From: Candidatus Thorarchaeota archaeon
GTDB taxonomy: Archaea; Asgardarchaeota; Thorarchaeia; Thorarchaeales; Thorarchaeaceae
Direction: 5' to 3'
Length of the DNA stretch: 64,000 nt
Assembly (NCBI GenBank): GCA_048884785.1
Contig: JBHLQM010000006.1
Location: 1,289-65,288, forward strand
The stretch's first letter is position 1. Each line of letters starts with the position of its first letter. Of this stretch, positions 58,159-64,000 are shown piece after piece. The notes under the pieces are model-generated. The model was not told the DNA's origin. It searched no databases and worked only from the letters and a program-made list of their open reading frames with translations. The position numbers were made by a program, and so were the translations under genes.

Positions 58159-58230
58159 GGCGAGTCTCAGCCTGCTCTTGGATCTTCATCGCATTTCGCT
58201 CTGACAGGGGTAATTGCTTCATCGACCGCC
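58159..58230 (-). ncRNA. Box C/D-like guide sRNA, copy B
   Basis: GGCGGUC-GAUGA-15 nt-CAGA-GC loop GC-GAUGA-15 nt-CUGA-GACUCGCC; TGATAAG 28 nt upstream; TTTTT downstream. Confidence 0.75.
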
Positions 58231-58294
58231 AAGTAAAGTATGGGATATCCTCTTATCAGTCTGTGGAATGATAATAATTCAACAGGGATGAACC

Positions 58295-59431
58295 ATGCCA
58301 GATGAACATAGATTGCTAAAATTCGCCCAGAATCTCATATCAACGAATTCAGAAAGCCCTCCTGGAAGAGAGAGAGATGTTGCTAATATTATTCGCGATC
58401 ACTTGGAGTCTCATGGTTTATCCTGCATATCCATCGGTCCCACTGAACGGCCAAATCTAATTTTCTCAACAATTGATGGTGAGAAAGGTCCGCTACTTCT
58501 GCATGGTCATATGGACACTGTGCCAGTAGGTGATATTGAGAAATGGAACCATGATCCATTCTCGGCAGAAATCCATAATGGGCTCTTATATGGTCGAGGG
58601 GCATGTGATATGAAGGGACCAGTCGCAGCATTGGCTGAAACAATGATTATGTATTCCGAATCTGGCAATAAGACACCTCTAATGTTGTTGTGCACCTCAG
58701 ATGAGGAGAGCGGCTGTTCAGGGGCTGAACACGTTGCAGCAAGTGGATATCTCAAGGGAGTACGGTATGGAGTTTGTGCTGAACCAACAAATCTTGGTGT
58801 GCTGGTTGGAGAGAAGGGGATGCTGTGGACCAAGATCCGTGCTCGTGGAAAATCTGCTCATGGCTCAAGACCTAGTGAAGGCCTTAATGCAATCAATCTC
58901 TGTGCAAAAGCAATCGACGTGCTATCAGAAATGGACTATCCCTACGAACCTGATGCGTTAATGGGAGAGATGACATTCAATGTCGGGTTGATCGAAGGTG
59001 GAATTAAGATTAATGTGGTCCCTGATTATTGCGAGGCGCAGCTGGATATGAGAACTGTAAAAGGTCAAGATATTCAGCAAGTTTTGGAGGAAATGAAAAA
59101 CCGATTGCACAACCATGGGCTTGCAGAAAAAGTGGAGATTGAATATATCCACGGAAAGGAGGCTGTTCTGACTGATAGGGATGAAGAAATCGTGAGAGTT
59201 GCATTAGATGTAATCGAAACGGTAATTGGTAGGCGCCCTATTCCGAGTGCGGCTACCTATGGTACCGATTGCTCAGTTCTTCAGCCAAAGATTGGGATAA
59301 TAAACGTGATTTGTGGACCTGGGTCTATTGAACAAGCTCATCAGCCAAACGAGTTTATTCGAATTGACCAGTTATTGCAATCTGTCGATGTCTATCTTTC
59401 TATAGCTGAACATTTCAAATCTGAGCCATAA
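58295..59431 (+). CDS. M20 family metallo-hydrolase (ArgE/DapE-like)
   Basis: HGHMDTVP, YGRGACDMKG, DEE, AEPT, SAHGS and QAHQPNE. Confidence 0.92.
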   Translation: MPDEHRLLKFAQNLISTNSESPPGRERDVANIIRDHLESHGLSCISIGPTERPNLIFSTIDGEKGPLLLHGHMDTVPVGDIEKWNHDPFSAEIHNGLLYGRGACDMKGPVAALAETMIMYSESGNKTPLMLLCTSDEESGCSGAEHVAASGYLKGVRYGVCAEPTNLGVLVGEKGMLWTKIRARGKSAHGSRPSEGLNAINLCAKAIDVLSEMDYPYEPDALMGEMTFNVGLIEGGIKINVVPDYCEAQLDMRTVKGQDIQQVLEEMKNRLHNHGLAEKVEIEYIHGKEAVLTDRDEEIVRVALDVIETVIGRRPIPSAATYGTDCSVLQPKIGIINVICGPGSIEQAHQPNEFIRIDQLLQSVDVYLSIAEHFKSEP

Positions 59432-59529
59432 ACAAGGAGAATTCAAAGGAGAGAAAGTTTAAAGTTCACACAGTTTTGTTCATGTTTGCTATATCCTATT
59501 CTCCTCTTCGTTGTCAGGTTGTGTGATTT

Positions 59530-59949
59530 ATGCCTTTAAGAAGATCCAAAGAAAAACCCATCATTAAGAGAATTAACAAGATGCGAAATTTGATTGAAAA
59601 GGATAAGAAGTTTGAAGTCAAGGAAACACTCACTCGGCAGGATATTATATCAGATCTCTTTGAGAGGAAAATGCGAAGCATAGGTATAGAGCCATCAAAA
59701 GATTCCGGATACATACCAACTTCTCAGACCCCACTTGCAAGATATCTCAGACGCTTTGATATTGAAGATGATATCATTGATGCAATCCTTGCCGGACTTG
59801 CTGAAGTAGAAACTGAAAACTCTGTTCGAGAGATCATTGAAGCTGCTGCAGATACTCCAGACCTTGAGCTGGAAGGTGATGAGCTGAAAGAAGCACAAGA
59901 GCTCGCGGTTGAAGAATGGAAAAAGATGAGAAGGATTGCCAATCCATAA
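59530..59949 (+). CDS. Hypothetical helical protein
   Basis: 139-aa ORF with basic N-terminus and acidic C-terminus; co-oriented with alaX. Confidence 0.65.
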   Translation: MPLRRSKEKPIIKRINKMRNLIEKDKKFEVKETLTRQDIISDLFERKMRSIGIEPSKDSGYIPTSQTPLARYLRRFDIEDDIIDAILAGLAEVETENSVREIIEAAADTPDLELEGDELKEAQELAVEEWKKMRRIANP

Positions 59950-59961
59950 CGGTGAAACTAG

Positions 59962-60687
59962 TTGACCGACCTACTATACATGCAGGACAACTACATACAG
60001 GAATTTGATGCCAAGATTATTGAAATGACTGATGAATCCCTCATTCTAAATCAGACCGCATTTTATCCAGAAGGTGGGGGGCAGATAGGTGATATAGGAC
60101 AAATAGAAAGAAACTCAAAAATCCTGACTATTACTGGAACCGCAAAAAGAGAAGGAAAGGTCCATCATTTCTTCGAGGGCAATTCGCCTTTTTCAGTAGG
60201 AGATGTGATTCACGGGAAACTTGACTGGAAACAGAGATATGAATGCATGAGATTCCACACTGCTCAGCATGTTTTGTCTAGATATCTTCAGCTAAACTAT
60301 AATGCGGAAACTGTAGGGAATCACATAGGTTATGGAGAAAGCAGGGCTGACTACTCCCCTTTGGACGCCTTTGATGATGAAATGAAGAATGATGTGCAAA
60401 ACGGAGTCAATGAAATTTTAAAGAGGAATTTGGAGGTGCGGCTCGAATTTATGCCTCGAGAAGAGGCTATTTCTTTTTTGAATAGTAAAGGATACCAAGT
60501 ACGATACCTTGAGATGGTTCCAGAATCCGTGAAAATATTCAGAATTATCAGTGTAGATGACTATGATGCTGCCTCCTGTGCTGGAACCCATGTCAGAAAC
60601 ACCAGTGAGATTGGGGAGATTCGTTTGGGGAAAACCAAGAATGTGGGCTCAGGGAAACGTCGTCTATACTTCTCTTTGTCAATTTAG
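59962..60687 (+). CDS. alaX: Alanyl-tRNA editing protein AlaX-M
   Basis: TAFYPEGGGQ.GD.G, HTAQH and CAGTH Zn ligands. Confidence 0.92.
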   Translation: MTDLLYMQDNYIQEFDAKIIEMTDESLILNQTAFYPEGGGQIGDIGQIERNSKILTITGTAKREGKVHHFFEGNSPFSVGDVIHGKLDWKQRYECMRFHTAQHVLSRYLQLNYNAETVGNHIGYGESRADYSPLDAFDDEMKNDVQNGVNEILKRNLEVRLEFMPREEAISFLNSKGYQVRYLEMVPESVKIFRIISVDDYDAASCAGTHVRNTSEIGEIRLGKTKNVGSGKRRLYFSLSI

Positions 60688-60740
60688 CATTCCAACATCT
60701 TTATCTCATATCATGCAGTTTCAAAAAAAGTGTGAGTTAG

Positions 60741-62039
60741 ATGAAGGCGCTAATTCTTACGGCTGGCTCTGGAAACAGATTGCGTCCGTTGACATCAAAT
60801 AGATCAAAATCCATGTTAATGATTGCAGGGCGCCCTGTACTCGATTATATCCTTGGTAGTCTGAAGGAGAATGGGATTAAAGACGTTGTTGTAGTCGTTG
60901 GTCATGGACGAGAAGAGCTAATTAACCATTTTCAGCATGGTGGTGAACTGGGACTTCAAATTCGCTACGTGGTTCAACATGAACAAAAGGGAGTCGAGCA
61001 CGCAATTCTCACAGCAAAGGAAGAACTCGATGCAGATGAAGAATTCCTACTTGTCAATGGAGATGTATTAGTTGAGTCGGATATGGTGACAAGAACTCTC
61101 TATAACCATCAAAGTATGTCTGCAGACGCCACAATGCTCGTAACTCTGGTTTCAAACCCAGAGCAATTTGGTACAGTAAAAATTGGGAAGAATGGTGCAG
61201 TTGAGCGCCTTGTGGAAAAAGGGGGACCTAGCAGATATGTCAGCAACTATGCAGTTGCAGGGGTTTCAGCATTTTCAACAAGGCTTCTAGATCTGCTAGA
61301 AAAATATGGAACCATGGAACAGACTATTGAAAAAATGATTGAAGAAAAAATGACAGTCACCGCAGTAGTCTGGGAAAAGGAGTGGGCAGAGTTCACGTGG
61401 CCCTGGGATATACTAAAGGCAAATCGACTGGTCGTGGATAATCTTCTGAAAGGAAAAGGTAGTTTCATTGCAGAATCTGCTGACGTACATAATAGTGCTG
61501 TACTTGAAGGTCCGGTATACATAGGAAAAGATGTAGTAGTTCGTCCTGGTGCAACTCTTAGGGGTCCGGTGTATATCGGAAACAATGTCTATGTGGGAAA
61601 TAATGCTCTTATTCGTGACTATGCGAGTCTATGCGATGGTGTTCATATTGGATATGCAGTTGAAGTTAGGAATAGCATGATTTTTGACAAAGTGAATGTT
61701 GGCCGGATGACGTATATTGCAGATTCGATTGTCGGTGCCAATAGCTGCATCGAAGCCGGAGCTCAAATGTGGAATTGGCGTCCGGGCAAGAAACCTCTTT
61801 TCATAGATGACGATGGGGAAAAAGTCCAAATTCCCTTCAGAAAATTTGGAGCGATGATCGGAGACAACGTTGTGCTGGGAGTGAATTCATCGATATATCC
61901 TGCGCGCAGGATTGGAGAAGGTAGTTCAATTGCACCCGGTTGTGTTATCGACCAAGATATTCCTCCATATAGCGAAGTTTCAGTGAAGCAGGTACTTGAA
62001 ATCAGACCTATATCTGAGGAAACAGACCAATGTGAATGA
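60741..62039 (+). CDS. glmU: Bifunctional sugar-1-phosphate nucleotidyltransferase/acetyltransferase (archaeal GlmU-like)
   Basis: LTAGSGNRLRPLT..RSK, NGD, LVEK and PWDIL; C-terminal hexapeptide repeats. Confidence 0.85.
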   Translation: MKALILTAGSGNRLRPLTSNRSKSMLMIAGRPVLDYILGSLKENGIKDVVVVVGHGREELINHFQHGGELGLQIRYVVQHEQKGVEHAILTAKEELDADEEFLLVNGDVLVESDMVTRTLYNHQSMSADATMLVTLVSNPEQFGTVKIGKNGAVERLVEKGGPSRYVSNYAVAGVSAFSTRLLDLLEKYGTMEQTIEKMIEEKMTVTAVVWEKEWAEFTWPWDILKANRLVVDNLLKGKGSFIAESADVHNSAVLEGPVYIGKDVVVRPGATLRGPVYIGNNVYVGNNALIRDYASLCDGVHIGYAVEVRNSMIFDKVNVGRMTYIADSIVGANSCIEAGAQMWNWRPGKKPLFIDDDGEKVQIPFRKFGAMIGDNVVLGVNSSIYPARRIGEGSSIAPGCVIDQDIPPYSEVSVKQVLEIRPISEETDQCE

Positions 62040-62045
62040 GGGCTG

Positions 62046-62711
62046 CTATGCCATTTCAATTGATCCAACGATTGATTCGTTCACTAGTATTTGCATCACG
62101 TTGCCGCGGATGACAAATTTGATGTCATCCACATCTTCATGTCTGTCAATTTCAAGAATCTCACCATTTATAATCACTAGAATTGAATCATCTGTCTTCA
62201 TTATGCTGAAATCATGAACGTCCCCTACTCTTACAGCTTCTTCAGGAATAAGCTCCAATTCTCCCATTAGCTTGTCCAAGTTATGCTTTTCATGAAAAGA
62301 CAACCGATTTCGAATGGAATCATATCCGAGATACCTGTCAGTTCCCTTCTTGAGAAAATGGTCTGTATATTTTCCGCATAAAGCTCGCTCAAGAGCCAAA
62401 TATGTTCCAAGCCCTCGGGCAATAACATCCATATCAGTGTCTTCTTCTCCATGCCGTTTTGTGCCCATGACGACGTGGCTTAACTCGTGTGACAGAAGGC
62501 CAATTAGAGCCGGTTCGGGCCAGCCTCGGACTGAATTGCTGCATTTTATTAAAATTGGTTCTGAATCGGAAATGGCGACCATTGCAAAAGACTTCGTTTT
62601 GGCCCAAACTACGGACACTCTTTTTTGTTGCAGTTCCTGATAAGCGTGTCTTATCAGAACATCTTTGTATTCAGAGAGGGATTTCTGCCGCTGAAGTCTT
62701 GCCTTAATCAT
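62046..62711 (-). CDS. Hypothetical protein with HExxH zinc-metalloprotease motif
   Basis: LSHELSHV followed by EEDTD. Confidence 0.65.
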   Translation of the reverse strand: MIKARLQRQKSLSEYKDVLIRHAYQELQQKRVSVVWAKTKSFAMVAISDSEPILIKCSNSVRGWPEPALIGLLSHELSHVVMGTKRHGEEDTDMDVIARGLGTYLALERALCGKYTDHFLKKGTDRYLGYDSIRNRLSFHEKHNLDKLMGELELIPEEAVRVGDVHDFSIMKTDDSILVIINGEILEIDRHEDVDDIKFVIRGNVMQILVNESIVGSIEMA

Positions 62712-62825
62712 TTATCTCCTCTCAGTTAGGTTGGTGGATGTTTACTAACGTATGCGCATCTTTAAAAGCCAAACCCTCGACCTTCGCGATAACCCGCGGA
62801 ACAAGATTCTAGGAGAGTAATTACT

Positions 62826-63719
62826 ATTAGCCGCAAGAAATGGGGAAAATCAGCTACCAAAACAGAGAAACTAATTCGAGATGCTGCTCCGAAGAAAGAA
62901 ACACTCAACGAGATTGATCAGTATTTAGCAAAAGCAAAGTCTGTTACACCATACGATATCGCAAATAGGTTTAGCGTCAGAATGAGTGTAGCTAGGCGAA
63001 TACTGCGCGAAAAAGAATCTGAAGGAGTTGTTGTCCCCTACATTAAGGAGAGTGGTTTTGTGGTCTACTCAACTCCTGCCGAGATGGCAAAACGTGAAGG
63101 TGGAGCTCCTATAATGGCTGCTGATGTGTTTGAAGAGATTGCTGCTTCTGTTCCAAAGGAATCAATTATTGATGAAGAAATGGAAGCGGCATTAGCCGCT
63201 GCATCTGCTGCCGGAACAGCTATTAAGCCGAGCAAATTGGCATATAAGCGACGAGAACTGGGTGAAAGAAAGGAACGGAAGGATAAATTGCCTGAGGTTG
63301 TAGTCGAACCTCTTCCCGTAGAATCAACTCCAAAATCTCCATTGCCTGAGAGAACTGAGGAAGAGATACCGAGAAAGGAAGAAAAGCCCAAGAAAACCAC
63401 GAAGAAGGTCACTGAAGAGAAGCCAAAGAAGACCACCAAGAAGGCTGTTGAAGAGAAACCTAAGAAGTCAACAAAGAAAGCTGAGGAAGAGACGCCAAAG
63501 AAGACCATCAAGAAGGCTGTTGAAGAGAAACCTAAGAAGTCAACAAAGAAGGCTGCTGAGGAAGAGAAGCCAAAGAAGTCAACAAAGAAGGCTGCTGAAG
63601 AGAAACCTAAGAAGTCAACAAAGAAGGCTGCTGAAGAGAAACCTAAGAAGACCACCAAGAAGGCTGCTGAAGAAACGCCCAAAAAAGAAACTAAGAAGAC
63701 AACGAAGGGAGAAAAATAG
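62826..63719 (+). CDS. rps25e: Ribosomal protein eS25 with long C-terminal KE-rich repeat extension
   Basis: The frame of track ORF 62982..63719 continues upstream as SRKKWGK...KSVTPYDIANRFSVRMSVARRILRE..EGVV..VVY, the eS25 winged helix. Start inferred at ATT 62826 (or 62820) after AGGAG. Confidence 0.82.
   Translation: MSRKKWGKSATKTEKLIRDAAPKKETLNEIDQYLAKAKSVTPYDIANRFSVRMSVARRILREKESEGVVVPYIKESGFVVYSTPAEMAKREGGAPIMAADVFEEIAASVPKESIIDEEMEAALAAASAAGTAIKPSKLAYKRRELGERKERKDKLPEVVVEPLPVESTPKSPLPERTEEEIPRKEEKPKKTTKKVTEEKPKKTTKKAVEEKPKKSTKKAEEETPKKTIKKAVEEKPKKSTKKAAEEEKPKKSTKKAAEEKPKKSTKKAAEEKPKKTTKKAAEETPKKETKKTTKGEK
63378..63704 (+). repeat. Nine tandem ~36-bp coding repeats (EEKPKK[S/T]TKKAA)
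   Basis: GAAGAGAAACCTAAGAAGTCAACAAAGAAGGCTGCT-like units; one unit is 39 bp. Confidence 0.9.
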
Positions 63720-63731
63720 TTTCGAAGTTCT

Positions 63732-63778
63732 CCGTGGTAGTGTCTATAATAGGCATACCACGGTGGTTTCTGTTTTTT
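63732..63778 (+). terminator. Hairpin plus T-tract after rps25e
   Basis: CCGTGGTAGTGTCTA-TAA-TAGGCATACCACGG followed by TGTTTTTT. Confidence 0.6.
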
Positions 63779-63860
63779 ATGAAAAAGAAGAATCTAAGAT
63801 AAAATGATGAAGAAAGGTGCAGCGGCAAAAACCGCACAACAACCTTTCTAAATCGTATCT

Positions 63861-63998
63861 CTATTTTAGAGCTGCAATCTGTCTATCCAAATCCTCTAGC
63901 TGCGAGTCAAGCTCAGCTTCCTTTGTTTTATATTCCTCTTCGGGAATGTATCCTCTCATGTAATCAAATCTAAGATCAGTGAGGGCCGCCTTCAAGCG
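63861..63998 (-). CDS. 3' end of a gene running off the window; SHOCT/CdvA-like coiled-coil C-terminus
   Basis: RLKAALTDLRFDYMRGYIPEEEYKTKEAELDSQLEDLDRQIAALK*; stop TAG at 63863-63861. Confidence 0.65.
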   Translation of the reverse strand, partial: RLKAALTDLRFDYMRGYIPEEEYKTKEAELDSQLEDLDRQIAALK

Positions 63999-64000
63999 AT

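Noticed and set aside
58171-58184. Copy B guide partly complementary to the conserved 16S 3'-end CCUGCGGCUGGAUC
   Set aside because: Three central mismatches adjacent to the would-be methylation site, and the organism's 16S sequence is not available here.
58036-58230. Two C/D-motif units as a CRISPR or TIGR-type guide array
   Set aside because: Only two units, each with its own promoter and T-tract; no adjacent Nop-domain or Cas effector gene.
63065-63682. 205-aa hydrophobic minus-strand ORF (and +strand 63448..63807)
   Set aside because: Shadow frames of the lysine/glutamate-rich eS25 repeat tail.
63378-63704. 36-bp tandem repeats as a CRISPR array
   Set aside because: No unique spacers; the units are contiguous, in-frame coding repeats; no cas genes in the window.
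1-64000. Numerous 60-180 aa ORFs antisense to or nested in long genes
   Set aside because: Shadow ORFs without motifs, opposite well-supported CDSs.

Overview
Gene-dense archaeal chromosomal segment, most likely an Asgard archaeon of the Thorarchaeia type. This assignment is inferred from a Snf7/ESCRT-III gene, an eS25 with a eukaryote-like KKWGK motif, a short histone, a GxGD presenilin-like protease and TATA promoters. I found no rRNA, tRNA, CRISPR array or transposase. Housekeeping content includes a peptide ABC transporter (dppD/F, dppC1-dppB-dppC2-dppA), gdhA, ilvE, a ferredoxin plus aldehyde:ferredoxin oxidoreductase, wecB, surE, udp, dcd, prs-like, cutA, alaX, glmU-like and an M20 peptidase. 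Main observations: (1) three apparently paralogous 80-120 nt non-coding RNAs at 21.3-21.9 kb, each with a TTATAT box 29-30 nt upstream, a GC-rich bulged terminal stem and a CU-rich loop; (2) two adjacent DapA-family aldolase-Fae (formaldehyde-activating enzyme) fusions whose Fae motifs are lost in a complementary way; (3) a ChlI-type AAA+ ORF joined by a -1 shift at an A9 run to a transmembrane-hairpin plus vWA ORF; (4) a 1151-aa GCS2-type carboxylate-amine ligase fused to an array of beta-sandwich domains; (5) two tandem box C/D-like sRNA genes, each with its own promoter; (6) an eS25 that has no ATG/GTG/TTG start and carries a long KE-rich repeat tail; (7) a 167-bp identical block shared by the two dppC paralogues. 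All family calls come from motif recognition by eye, not database searches.
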